Counted from the first letter of the stretch, positions 49,212 through 61,860 are shown. The stretch is 64,000 nucleotides of DNA from Malacoraja senta (GCA_038087875.1 CM075979.1:17360001-17424000); one strand, 5' to 3'. Made by a program: numbers and translations. The notes: generated by a model not told the origin, from the sequence alone.

Positions 49212-51548
49212 TTACAAAGCTGATTCATATTCAATAACCCTTGGCATTGCTGATTTAATATTGGTCCTTTGATCGGAAATATTCTCGTCTCTCTCTTCAG
49301 GGCCAAAGGCTTCATTTGTACTGTTACTTGCATCCGTTTTAATTTCAATATCCTCACATTGGCTTAGCATTTCACCATCCGTCTCAAGAATACATTTGGA
49401 TCCTTGTGCACTCTGGTTTCTCTCAGCTGCTTGTTGTAGGGAAAATAGTACAGCATCATGGATACTGCTGAAAGTGCAGCTTTGGCTTGTTGCTTTGAAA
49501 TAACCCATTTGTTGTATAGTTTTTAAAACTCCACTTGAACAACCAGCAAGAACAAAGCTGATGCCAACACCTTGATATTTCTTAAATAGATGAATTAAAG
49601 CATTAGCCCCTTCATCATCCACAAAGCTGACAGACCCACAATCCAAAATAACAGTGTGAACGACTGCAGTTTGTTTGGATATTTTACGCCTATACAGTAC
49701 AGTATTATTCATTCGCCTCAGAGCATTTTCACCCAATGCAAGAAACTGTGTAGATTCCATTAACATATGATATTTATCCTCCTCACTGTATAATTTATTA
49801 TCACTTCCTGAATTTCTACGAGGGTAACAATTTACTTTAACTTTCACCCTGGACAATAAATAATCAACATTCCCATAATATATAGAATGAAATATTTTTA
49901 TAATTTTAATCCCAACTATTTCTTTGGCAGTTTTCTCCAAAGACAAGTCTATATAGTTTTCGGTATTGGGAATATGACCTAAAATGGCAATAGAAGGCCT
50001 TTGAAGTCTGTGTAGAGTCAGCAAAATAGAAAAAATTATGCCCACACCTAAACCAATATCTATGTCTAAGAGACACACAGCCAAAAACGTTATGATTGCA
50101 ACCAAAAACTCATATTTTCTCTTCTTACATACAAAACAGTATTTCCAGAAGAACTTGAAGTACCATCCCAGATTCACAATTGCAATAGCACTGAGAACTG
50201 CTTTTGGCACCAACGGAAGTAAAGATTTTGCACAAAGCAGAGCTATTAGACTCAGGCCAGCTGCAATCAACCCTGCAGCTTGCGTTTGACCCCAGGCTTT
50301 TTCCTGTACCATAGATTGTTCCCAAACCCCAGATGCAGCAAAGGTACCCAGAAATGACAGCAACAGGTCACAGACTCCCAAAACAATAGTCTCCTGATGT
50401 GAACGATAACTTTGGTTGTGTTTTTTGGAGTTTTCACTCCCTAGCGAAATGTTAACTGCAAAAGTCACAATTGCCATAGCAACAGCATCTGCAGCAACAC
50501 TAGCTATTAACGAGAAAGAAGGAAGAATGGGTTTTGGCAAAGTAAATGGATAATTATTTATGAGGCTGATATTGTATCTCTCCTCTAGTTCCAACCAGAA
50601 TGACAAACAAATGGAAACAGCTATTGCAATAAACTCTACAGGTATAAGATGCCTACTATATGTACAATTTATTACTTTAAAAGGTGCCAGAAATGCCAAT
50701 GTTGTTAAACCCATAATTACTGAAAAAATGTTTACCTTATTAGTATTTACAATTATGTCTTTGGAAGAATAAAAGAGAGATAAAGGACCATGATGAACTG
50801 TCCCATCAATACCAAGCAATATCCTCAGGAAAATGATTAATAAGTGCAAAGCTATTCCAGCTCTGAAGCCAAGCATAACAGGCTTGGAGATGCAAGTTCT
50901 TAGGAAACTGACACAAAAAACTCCCATAAAAATTAAAATAATTCCAGAAACACAAGTGAGAGTAGCCACATGCAGTTCTCTTGAACATTTTGGAGAACAG
51001 TCACTGTCAGAGGCAGGTTCTTGAGCTTCAATATGGCTTGTGCTCTTGGCAATGAGAAGAGCAGTGACTGCAGACATCCCATAAGACAGATGTTGAGTTG
51101 TGCCAAGGAGGCAATATAAGATAGTAGTAACTAAACTTGTGTAGACACCATTAACAGCTGGCTCTCCAGCACAAACAGCGAAAGCAAGGGACAGGGGAAT
51201 CGTGAGTAGACCCACACTAATTCCGGACAGCAGGTCTCCGATAATCCATGTCTTTACTTTATACCTGGGAATCCATTTAAGGAAAGGAAAAGCTCGCCGG
51301 AAATATTTTTTAAAATTATATGTAACTGGTAACGTTAGTTCAGATGCTTTTTTTTCATATTCATACAATTTTTCTGCATAGTGATTATCTATGCGGTGAA
51401 AATAAGGAATGTCACCAGTAAATGAAACTCTATATGGTGTCTTTGCAACAAAAGTATAGTTTCTGTCAGTTCTGACTAGAGGGATGTTTGAACCAGATGG
51501 GTCTGCATTTGTGTCACTGGACCAAAAGGACTCTGAACTTCCCAGCAT
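49212..51548 (-). CDS. SLC26-family anion transporter-like protein (prestin/SLC26A5-A6-like, divergent), 778 aa, intronless CDS
   Basis: Uninterrupted ORF with an in-frame stop upstream of the ATG. FPFLKWIPRY...GDLLSGISVG...LAFA, GTTQHLSYG, QETIVLG, VQE..GQTQ, PKAVLSAIAIVNL. STAS domain (IYYGN, VHTVILDCGSVSFVD, SIHDAVL). AATAAA about 100-140 nt downstream. Confidence 0.92.
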   Translation of the reverse strand: MLGSSESFWSSDTNADPSGSNIPLVRTDRNYTFVAKTPYRVSFTGDIPYFHRIDNHYAEKLYEYEKKASELTLPVTYNFKKYFRRAFPFLKWIPRYKVKTWIIGDLLSGISVGLLTIPLSLAFAVCAGEPAVNGVYTSLVTTILYCLLGTTQHLSYGMSAVTALLIAKSTSHIEAQEPASDSDCSPKCSRELHVATLTCVSGIILIFMGVFCVSFLRTCISKPVMLGFRAGIALHLLIIFLRILLGIDGTVHHGPLSLFYSSKDIIVNTNKVNIFSVIMGLTTLAFLAPFKVINCTYSRHLIPVEFIAIAVSICLSFWLELEERYNISLINNYPFTLPKPILPSFSLIASVAADAVAMAIVTFAVNISLGSENSKKHNQSYRSHQETIVLGVCDLLLSFLGTFAASGVWEQSMVQEKAWGQTQAAGLIAAGLSLIALLCAKSLLPLVPKAVLSAIAIVNLGWYFKFFWKYCFVCKKRKYEFLVAIITFLAVCLLDIDIGLGVGIIFSILLTLHRLQRPSIAILGHIPNTENYIDLSLEKTAKEIVGIKIIKIFHSIYYGNVDYLLSRVKVKVNCYPRRNSGSDNKLYSEEDKYHMLMESTQFLALGENALRRMNNTVLYRRKISKQTAVVHTVILDCGSVSFVDDEGANALIHLFKKYQGVGISFVLAGCSSGVLKTIQQMGYFKATSQSCTFSSIHDAVLFSLQQAAERNQSAQGSKCILETDGEMLSQCEDIEIKTDASNSTNEAFGPEERDENISDQRTNIKSAMPRVIEYESAL

Positions 51549-53725
51549 CTTCTTTAGCTTTATGGTGATCTCTGCCCTTTGTCACATTATGTTCATCTTT
51601 GTGTTCATTGAATATTTCTCACATACGTTTTCATTGTTTCAAATATCTAAAAATAAAATAAAAATACAATTAAATAAATCATACATCTACTTCGTTTTAG
51701 ACCAATTTTGATTTTGAGTTTAGTTTATTGTCACGTGTTCCGAGGTAAAGTGAAAAGCATTTGTTGCATGCTAAACAGTCAGTGGAAAGACAATATATGA
51801 TTACAATCGAGCCATCCACAGTATAGAAGGGAATAACGTGAATAATAATTAGTGCAAGATCAAGTGCAATAAAGTCCGATCAAAGATAGTCTAAATGTTT
51901 CAGCAAATGAATGCTAGTGTTCCTTAACTTCCCAAGATATTAGCTTAGAATTGACATCAACATTGAAATTGGGCAAAGGTATTGAACAATCCCCGCACTG
52001 ATCCAGTCATCCCTCTGGCATGACTTTTATGTAAATGCTCGTCACCATCAGGTGTCACTTCAACAGGTTATCCCCTACCAGGAGGAAATTATTGCTCATC
52101 AGGTGCTGTGTGCTGTACAAAAGGTCTGACAATTTGGAACAAGTAGTTAGGTCAGCATGTGGATAAAAAACAGAAATACATCAAAGATAAATTCCGAGTG
52201 GATGCCAGGGGGTATTATAGATAATATCCGCTTCATGACTGAGATAAATAAGTTAAACTAAGTGCATTCTTTGCCACATGGTTAGACTATTACAATAATG
52301 AATTTACAATTAAAAAATCCAGGGACCTCAAGAAAGTTTATTAATATCTAACACCAGAATAAGTAAAATTAAAGAAATATAACAGATTTTGATTGCTCGT
52401 TTACCTTTTTACAACTTAAAACATTTACACAAAACATTTACAACTTCAAACATTTTTTAAATTACTATAAAAAAATTCTAGCCAATAGTCCATTTCAACA
52501 ACAATTATGCCATTTCTCATAGCACTGGAAGTGGCGAGCGTCATATGAAAATGTTGGTATTTGACTAATGGTGCATAATTCTTGATACAATATTATTTCC
52601 AATTATTTTTGGGCTTGGTCTTTTTCCTTCTATTTGTGTTTTTAGCATAACAGGAGGAGAGATAACAATCATTTGTACAGTGTGAAGCAAAGTCAGGCTG
52701 TGGTCTGTTGGGATTGAGCTGGTGACTGGTTGGCTGGGCTGCCTACAGTTTGGGGTATTTGATGATCGAGAAAAGGGTGCGGAAGATATTTACTAGAATG
52801 GTTCCAGGAATGAGTGATGTCAGGTGCGAAGAAATTCTGGGGATTTTCTCCTTGAAATAAAAGTTGAGAGTCGCTTTAATCAAGCTATAAACGATCATGA
52901 CTTTGTCATAAGGTAAATGGAATAAAGCTGATCTCCTTGGCGGATGGTTTGAGGACCAGAGGCACAGATTCAGTGTTAGGAGAAAAAGGCACAAAGGGAT
53001 GTGAAGACACTAATTTTATGCAGACGGATTACGATCCAAAACTCACTGTATAAAAGAGTGGAAACCGAGACAATAAAGGAAATTAGATGAGCACTTGAGG
53101 GAAAATATTTTGCAGAGATTTGGGCAAAGAGAGGAGGACTGAATAGATTATTGTACAGTAAAAAAAATGATGGGCTGAATGGCGTCCACTGTGCTGCAGC
53201 AATTCAAAGGTTCTAATTACAGCAGGAGCAGGATATTTTAAGGCTGTAAGGGGGGGGAATTCCACCAGAAGTTGGATCAGTTGATCAGAGGAGGCACTGA
53301 GGCAATTATGGGGCAGGGCAATTAGAAGTGAGGAAACATTAACAATTTAGTTCCGTGCTCATTAGGCAACATTGAAAAAGTCATAAAAATAAACCTCCCT
53401 CGATCTCTTCTGGCTGAAATCCTGCTCGCTGCAAGCATTTTATCAGCATATTTGGCAGTGATTTGGTGGCTTCAGCTAAAACAGTGAGTGCATCCAAATG
53501 ATGTCACCATCACGCAATTTTAACAATGTAATCAGGTTTCTGTTTGTTTAAGGATGACATGTATCTAAAAGTAAAAGAATTGTTTAAACGGCATCCAAAA
53601 TAAATGGTTCAAAAGTTCCCCAAAGTTTAGGTTAAATCTCTTGCATGCACCATGTTAAAATCAGCAAAACTACAAATTTCACTTTTAGTCCTGTGAATAA
53701 AAATATTGAATGATTTTGCACTTAC

Positions 53726-53871
53726 CGATTTCCTTGGGCTTCCTTGTACTGTTGTTTTGGTTAATCAGCACAACAGTAGTGGTTGTTGAGAGATTTCAAG
53801 CGACCCTTTGAAGCTCTGCTGTGAAGTCCAAATGTAGTCTCCCAAATAAGGACTAGCATGGTGACCACTCG
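53726..53871 (-). other. Candidate 5' non-coding exon of the SLC26-like gene
   Basis: Acceptor tatttttAG| at 53872, donor TCG|GTAAGT at 53726. A matching acceptor ttatttttAG| lies at 51647, 98 nt upstream of the SLC26 ATG. Confidence 0.45.
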
Positions 53872-54893
53872 CTAAAAATAGACATGCTATATGGTAACTC
53901 AATCTATTTGCATGATATTGGTCTTTACAGTTGGGAACCCATTAAAAGTCCACTACCATATTTCTAGTAAGATTTTACCCATTGCTCAAGGAGATAAAAT
54001 TAATATAATTTAGATGTACAAAATTACACAATTTATCTGTTTATCATGTTTGTTTTTTTAACAGTTTAATTACATTCAATGTGTGATTATTTACTGCATT
54101 AAGCATTCTGCTTTATGAATCATTTAATTTCAAATGAACAACAACATTCTTTAACAAAACACCACATTGAAATTAAATACTTTTTTTCAGTCTGAAGAAG
54201 GGTCTCGACCCGAATCGTCACCTAGCAATGTTCTCCACGGATGCTGCCTGACCCACTCAGTTAGTCCGACATGTTGCATCTGTTTTTGCAAACCAGCATC
54301 GGCAGCTCCTTGTTTCTACTGTGTTTTTGTTCCTCATTGACTGTTACATTTTTAACAGCTAATTTCTGATGAGCACTGGGTTAATTTCCCTATTTCTTGC
54401 ACACTGGCAGCAACCCTGTTAAAGTATCCCCTAAGTTGCCAATAGCTCAGTACTACCAGTCATCAGACATAAGTACTGGACAACTTCTGCTCCATTTCTA
54501 ACTCCAGCTATAGCACATCTGAGGTGCTAATTGGAAGCTGCTGATTCTCCCGGGGCAGAAATATAGAAGTAAGAGTCACCCTGGCTGTACCGTCTCAGTG
54601 ACTCCTCTTTGAAGTTAGTAACTAGATCTGTTTGTGCCTATGGCTCTTTACAGCTGGGAATCCCATCAATTATCCATTGCAAAGTTCCACCGCAGCAAAT
54701 TACATTGCTCACAGAGATAAACTGAATAATGTACTGGATCTAATAATTTATTTTAAAGTACATAATGTAACCTGGTTCTACTTGTTATTTTCCTCTTCTG
54801 TTCCATTGCACTTGACCGATCTCAATGTTCTTTCTGTCCTCTCTGAGCTTGCATCTTTACTGTTTTTCCCCCCTATTTCACACATTCCCTCTT

Positions 54894-57800
54894 ATAGAAA
54901 CATAGAAATTAGGTGCAGGAGTAGGCCATTCGGCCCTTCGAGCCTGCACCGCCATTCAATATGATCATGGCTGATCATCCAACTCAGTATCCCGTACCTG
55001 CCTTCTCTCCATACCCTCTGATCCCTTTAGCCACAAGGGCCACATCTAGCTCCCTCTTAAATATAGCCAATGAACTGGCCTCGACTACCCTCTGTGGCAG
55101 AGAGTTCCAGAGATTCACCACTCTCTGTGTGAAAAAAGTTCTTCTCATCTCGGTTTTAAAGGATTTCCCCCTTATCCTTAAGCTGTGACCCCTTGTCCTG
55201 GACTTCCCCAACATCGGGAGCAATCTTCCTGCATCTAGCCTGTCCAACCCCTTAAGAATTTTGTAAGTTTCTATAAGATCCCCTCTCAATCTCCTAAATT
55301 CTAGAGAGTATAAACCAAGTCTATCCAGTCTTTCTTCATAAGACAGTCCTGACATCCCAGGAATCAGTCTGGTGAACCTTCTCTGCACTCCCTCTATGGC
55401 AATAATGTCCTTCCTCAGATTTGGAGACCAAAACTGTACACAATACTCCAGGTGTGGTCTCACCAAGACCCTGTACAACTGCAGTAGAACCTCCCTGCTC
55501 CTATACTCAAATCCTTTTGCTATGAAAGCTAACATACCATTCGCTTTCTTCACTGCCTGCTGCACCTGCATGCCTACTTTCAATGACTGGTGTACCATGA
55601 CACCCAGGTCTCGCTGCATCTCCCCTTTTCCTAGTCGGCCACCATTTAGAAAATAGTCTGCTTTCCTGTTTTTGCCACCAAAATGGATAACCTCACATTT
55701 ATCCACATTATACTGCATCTGCCAAACATTTGCCCACTCACCCAGCCTATCCAAGTCACCTTGCAGTCTCCTAGCATCCTCCTCACAGCTAACACTGCCC
55801 CCCAGCTTAGTGTCATCCGCAAACTTGGAGATATTGCCTTCAATTCCCTCATCCAGGTCATTAATATATATTGTAAATAGCTGGGGTCCCAGCACCGAGC
55901 CTTGCGGTACCCCACTAGTCACTGCCTGCCATTGTGAAAAGGACCCGTTTACTCCTACTCTTTGCTTCCTGTTAGCCAGCCAGTTCTCTATCCACATCAA
56001 TACTGAACCCCCAATGCCATGTGCTTTAAGTTTGTATACTAATCTCTTATGTGGGACCTTGTCGAAAGCCTTCTGGAAGTCCAGATACACCACATCCACT
56101 GGTTCTCCCCTATCCACGCTACTAGTTACATCCTCGAAAAATTCTATAAGATTCGTCAGACATGATTTACCTTTCGTAAATCCATGCTGACTTTGTCCAA
56201 TGATTTCACCACTTTCCAAATGTGCTGCTATCCCATCTTTAATAACTGACTCTAGGAGTTTCCCCACTACCGATGTTAGACTAACTGGTCTGTAATTCCC
56301 CGTTTTCTCTCTCCCTCCCTTCTTAAAAAGTGGGGTTACGTTTGCTACCCGCCAATCCTCAGGAACTACTCCAGAATCTAAAGAATTTTGAAAGATTATT
56401 ACTAATGCATCCACTATTTCTGGAGCTACTTCCTTAAGTACTCTGGGATGCAGCCTATCTGGCCCAGGGGATTTATCGGCCTTTAATCCATTCAATTTAC
56501 CCAAAACCACTTCCCGACTAACCTGGATTTCACTCAATTCCTCCAACTCCTTTGACCCGCGGTCCCTGCTATTTCCGGCAGATTATTTATGTCTTCCTTA
56601 GTGAAGACGGAACCAAAGTAGTTATTCAATTGGTCCGCCATATCCTTGTTCCCCATGATCAACTCACCTGTTTCTGACTGCAAGGGACTACATTTGTTTT
56701 AACTATCTCTTTCTTTTTACATATTTATAAAAACTTTTGCAGTCAGTTTTTATGTTCCCTGCCAGTTTTCTTTCATAATCTATTTTTCCTTTCCTAATTA
56801 AGCCCTTTGTCCTCCTCTGCTGGTCTCTGAATTTCTCCCAGTCCTCTGGTATGCTGCTTTTTCTGGCTAATTTGTACGCATCATCTTTCGCTTTGATACC
56901 ATCCCTGATTTCCCTTGTTATCCACGGATGCACTACCTTCCCTGATTTATTCTTTTGCCAAACTGGGATGAACAATTTTTGTAGTTCATCCATGCAGTCT
57001 TTAATGTCTTCCATTGTATGTCCACCGTCAACCCTTTTAGAATTAATTGCCAGTCAATCATGGCCAATTCATGTCTCATACCCTCAAAGTTACCTTTCTT
57101 TAAGTTCAGAACCATTGTTTCTGAATTAACAATGTCACTCTCCATCCTAATGAAGAACTCAACCATATTATGGTCACTCTTGCCCAAGGGGGCACGTACA
57201 ACAAGACTGCTAACTAACCCTTCCTCATTACTCAATATCCAGTCTAAAATAGCCTGCTCTCTCGTTGGTTCCTCTACATGTTGATTTAGATAACTATCCC
57301 GCATACATTCCAAGAAATCCTCTTCCTCAGCACCCCTGCCAATTTGATTCACCCAATCTATATGTAGATTGAAGTCACCCATTATAACTGTTTTGCCTTT
57401 GTCGCACGCATTTCTAATTTCCTGTTTGATGCCATCTCCAACTTCACTACTACTGCTAGGTGGCCTGTACACAACACCCACCAGCGTTTTCTGCCCCTTA
57501 GTGTTTCGCAGCTCTACCCATACCGATTCCACATCCTCCAAGCTAATGTCCTTCCTTTCCACTGCGTTAATCTCCTCTCTAACCAGCAACGCTACCCCAC
57601 CTCCTTTTCCTTTCTCTCTATCCCTCCTGAATATTGAATATCCCTGGATGTTCAGCTCCCAGCCTTGGTCACCCTGGAGCCATGTCTCCGTGATCCCAAC
57701 AATATCATAGTCATTAATAGCTATCTGCACATTCAACTCATCCACCTTATTACGAATGCTCCTTGCATTGAGACACAAAGCCTTCAGGCTTGTTTTTACA

Positions 57801-59670
57801 ACACTCTTACCCCTTATACAATTATGTTGAAAAGTGGCCCTTTTTGATTTTTGCCCTGGTTTTGTCTGTCTTCCACTTTTACTTTTCACCTTGCTACCTA
57901 TTGCTTCTACCCTCATTTTACACTCCTCTGTCTCTACGCTCACACATTTAAGAAACCCTTTCCCTTTAACTCCATCCTCCACTATCCCATTCGACACCCC
58001 ACCCCCCTTATTCAGTTTAAAACCACCCGTGTAGCAGTGGCAAACCTGCCTGCCAGAATGCTGGTCCCACACCTGTTAAGATGCAATCCGTCCCTTTTGT
58101 ACAGTTCCCCCTTACCCCAAAACAGATCCCAGTGATCTAAGAATCTAAATCCCTGCCCCGTGCACCAGTTCCTGAGCCACACGTTCAGGTCCCGTATCTC
58201 CCTGTTCCTGCTCTCGCCAGCACGAGGAACTGGAAGCAAACCGGAGATAACAACCCTGGAGGTCCTGTTTTTCAGCATTTTTCCGAGCTCTCTAAAGTCA
58301 CGCTGCAGAATATTCATCCCCTTCTTTCCGACATCGTTTGTGCCGACATGCACTAGCACTTCCGGATGTTCACCTTCGCCCTTGAGGATTTTCTGCACTC
58401 TGTCCGTGACATCCTGGATCCTGGCACCAGAAGGCAGCACACCATCCTCGCATCCCGTCTGTGCCACAGAAACCCCTGTCCGTACCTCTCACAATGAGTC
58501 TCCCACTACAATGGCGTTGCCTGCCTTAGGCCTTTTTGGTTTTGGCTCAACAGCCCTATTCGCATCGCAAGCCAGTCCGCCGCTCAGTGTAAACACGTCT
58601 TCTGTCCCAACAGCTTCTAAGTGGGTGAACCTGTTCACAAGAGGTACAACACCCGGGGACGTTGGCATTCCATGCTTCCCTCCCTTTCTCACCGTCTCCC
58701 ACCTTCTCTCTTCCAGTACCTTAGGTGTAACAATCGTACTGTAGGACTTGTCGAGGAACGACTCCGTTTCTCGGACGAACCGGAGGTCATCCACTTGCTT
58801 CTCCAGTTCCCCAACACGGCCCTTCAGGAGCTCTACCTGGATGCACTTCTCGCATTTGTAGCAGCCAGAGGCACCAGCGGTGTCCTTGACCTCCCACATA
58901 CTGCAAGCATCGCACTGAACCAGCTTGCCTGACATCTCCTTCTTTTGTCTCTACCTCTCAAGCGTATATGCGTGGTGTCCTCTCCTAAGACTCTCGAGCC
59001 AAAGACTCACACTTCCCTCACAAGGCCGCTCACTCACTGCCGCTCGCTAACAGCCGTCTTGCTTAAATTGCCTGATTTATCACTTTACAAACAAAATTCC
59101 TCAGTTTTCAACTGTTTTCCCAGCACTGACTCACTTCTCTCCTCCCACTCGGGCTAGAGCCAATCAGTCGTATCTCTTGCTAATCTCCTGCTGCTGTTGC
59201 TCCCAAATCTACAGCAGTTCTGAATAAAGTCTGCCTGTGCTTGGCTTCTACTTTTCAACTGTTTTTCCCCCCTCTGACTCACTTCTCTCCTCCCCACTCG
59301 GGCTAGAGCCAATCAATCGTATCTCTTGCTAATCTCCTGCTGCTGTTGCTCCCAAATCTACAGCAGTTTCTGAATAAAGTCTGCCTGTGCTTGGCTTCTA
59401 CTTTTCAACTGTTTTTCCCCCCTCTGACTCACTTCTCTCCTCCCACTCGGGCTAGAGCCAATCAGTCGTATCTCTTGCTAATCTCCTGCTGCTGTTGCTC
59501 CCAAATCTACAGCAGTTCTGAATAAAGTCTGCCTGTGCTTGGCTTCTACTTTTCAACTGTTTTTCCCCCCTCTGACTCACTTCTCTCCTCCCACTCGGGC
59601 TAGAGCCAATCAGTCGTATCTCTTGCTAATCTCCTGCTGCTGTTGCTCCCAAATCTACAGCAGTTCTGAA
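54894..59670 (-). mobile_element. Near-full-length CR1 LINE (5' tandem monomers, ORF1, ORF2, 3' tail) with a few disabling lesions
   Basis: ORF1 58935->58012 (CxxC...CxxC zinc finger, coiled coil, GDSL/SGNH esterase VVGDSL, HVGTND, DGLHLN; frameshift near 58480). ORF2 in pieces 56933..58072 (APE), 56703..57014, 54984..56546 (RT, KFADD). Confidence 0.93.
59105..59670. repeat. About 148-bp tandem monomers (3.8 copies) at the CR1 5' end
   Basis: Units start near 59105, 59252, 59402 and 59550. Each contains TGACTCA and CCAATC. Confidence 0.9.
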
Positions 59671-60065
59671 TCTAAGAGACACCTCCTGTTCTTTCAACTC
59701 TATTCCCAATAAATGTCTGATCATCCAATCTTCCTTTCTGGCTGAGTGTAGTTGATATTATTCATGGACATCAACCCTCAAGTCCTGCTTATTCAAATAA
59801 GACAAGGAGTCTTATTCAAATTTTACCAATTAATTTGCTCAAAAGAAACAACATTGACTCTTATCTGCAATAACACCACCTCTATCATTGTTCTGATGAA
59901 GGGTCTTTGACCTGGAACTCCGTTTCGCTTTCCATATATTCTGCTTGCCCCACTGTGGGATTTCAGCATTTTCTGTGTGTAATTTAATTCTCCATAGCTT
60001 TCTTCCCAAGTCCCATCTCCCAAGTCTATTCCCATCTTTCTTAGCGCACTATGTTCAAACCCAAA

Positions 60066-60856
60066 TCTTCTTCTTGCGAATTAAACATAAACCACAGGAA
60101 TAGTTAGATCTCATGCCGGGTGTTGAGCAGCCAGGTTGTTGTCTCTGCGTCAATGTCTGCCAGGCCCTGAGCTCCATTTGGTGAGTGAAACGGGGACCAG
60201 AGATGACATGGTTGGCTGTCTGTTGTTCTGCTCTGCATTCACAGGCTGGGCTCTGGCGGAGCCCTATCTCCACATGCTGGCATTGAAACGCCCAACTCCA
60301 GTACAAAGTCTGTTGAGCTCACCCATGCTCCTCTGGGGAGGTCAGACCCTGGACAGCTTTAATCTGGTGAAGAGATGTAGCTGTGTAATGGAGAAGAGGT
60401 TGCCTTCCACTCCTGTGACCACTTGGTGGCTATCCAGTGTGCTTTTGTCTCAGTTGGCTGGATGGATGCTAGGAGTTGTTTTCCTAGTGGACAAAGGGGT
60501 GACAGGACTTCAGTCGGGGTGGCCTCTGCTCTCTGCTGATAGCTTGATGAAGGAGGTGTTCTGGGTCCAAGGCACGACGAGATAGTGCCAGAGTTGCTGC
60601 TTGCCTTCGGATCCCGGCAAGCGGAATGCCTGCAAGTATAGGGAGCTGCTCGACTGGAGTAGGTTGAAGGCACCCAGTGATGGTTCGCAAGGTGCTGTTC
60701 AGACTCGTGTCTACCAGGCCTAGTATGTCTGCTTCTACTCCATACAGGTGTGCTGTACTCAGCTGGAGCATACACAAGAGCTAAGGCAGTGGTGCGAAGA
60801 GTTGATGGACTGGCTCCCTAACTTGTTCCTGCCAGGCGTCGGATGAGGCCGCTACG
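60066..60856 (-). mobile_element. Ingi/Vingi-like (I-group) LINE 3' fragment
   Basis: TTALALVYAPAEYSTPVWSRSRHT...VDTSLNSTLRTITGCLQPTPVEQLPILAGI; terminal CECRAEQQTANHVI; (AAG)n tail. Confidence 0.55.
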
Positions 60857-60902
60857 CAGGGCTGGCCTTAGGAGGTGCGGGGCCCAATGGGGAACAATTT
60901 TC
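60857..60902 (-). mobile_element. One terminus of a hAT element related to 31608-33326 (other end not found in the window)
   Basis: CAGGGCTGGCCTTAGGAGG...GGGAACAATTTT resembles the reverse complement of 33298-33326. It marks the point where the upstream LINE is cut. Confidence 0.6.
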
Positions 60903-61275
60903 ATAGAAATATAAATAAATAATTATAAATGAGTCACGTGTCGAGAGTAATATGACAGTCAGTCGGCTTAAAAAAAAATCTTAAACCGTGCATGCACAGA
61001 TTGTTCTCCTCTCCGTATAAATAGAAAATAAAAATAAATAAAGTAACAATTCAATTTGCCCAAGGCTTCCAAATCTCCTTCTTTCTGAATTACTGAATGG
61101 GTGGGGGGTGGAGGGTGACAGCAGGTGGAAAGATGGTGGGAAAAACGGGAGCAACATGAATCATTTGTCATCTTATTGAATTACTATACTAGTTCAAGGG
61201 ACCAATTGGGGGAGAGTTCCTTTCACAGCGTTTGCGGAGTCTAGCCAGGGGTAAAGTTGCTGGAGGGCGGGAGCA

Positions 61276-61860
61276 TTGAGAAGGAGTGTCCTAAATTTTC
61301 TGAGGCGCAACTTTCATCATTGTTCAACTTCTGTCAAGGAGAAGCTATACTTCACCCTCGTTAGACCTCATTTGGACTACGCAGTTGCAGCATGGGACCC
61401 ATACACAAATAAAAACATTTCTTCCATCGAACGTGTCCAAAGACAGGCAGTTCGATTTGTTACTAACACCTATGAGAGAGAAGCGAGTGTTACCAAACTT
61501 CTGAATTCTCTGGGGTGGAACCCTCTCCAAGACAGACGTGAAGCTCACCGTTTGACCTGTTTTTACAAAATGTTAAATGGTCAGCTCAACATAGATTACA
61601 AGACCTACACCATACCCAAACCAATTAGGAGCAGACGAGGGCATTCGATCCAATTTTTGATTCCAGCTACCAAGACAGATGTGTACAGCAATTCATTCTT
61701 CCCCCGCACAATTACAGCAAGGAATAATCTCCACCCTACTTTAGTTACCCAACCAGATGCAACTAAATTTAAGGTAGCTCTTTCTTCCCAAAAACCCTTT
61801 CTGGCTTAAGTCCTCCCTCCACCACCTCCAGTTTAAATTCCATTTGGAATATTTTGGAGA
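61276..61860 (+). mobile_element. CR1-group (Daphne/Crack-like) LINE 3' fragment
   Basis: KLYFTLVRPHLDYAVAAWDPY...IERVQRQAVRFV...NSFFPRTI. Confidence 0.7.

Noticed and set aside
59105-59670. CRISPR-like array
   Set aside because: Units repeat in full with no unique spacers; eukaryotic context.
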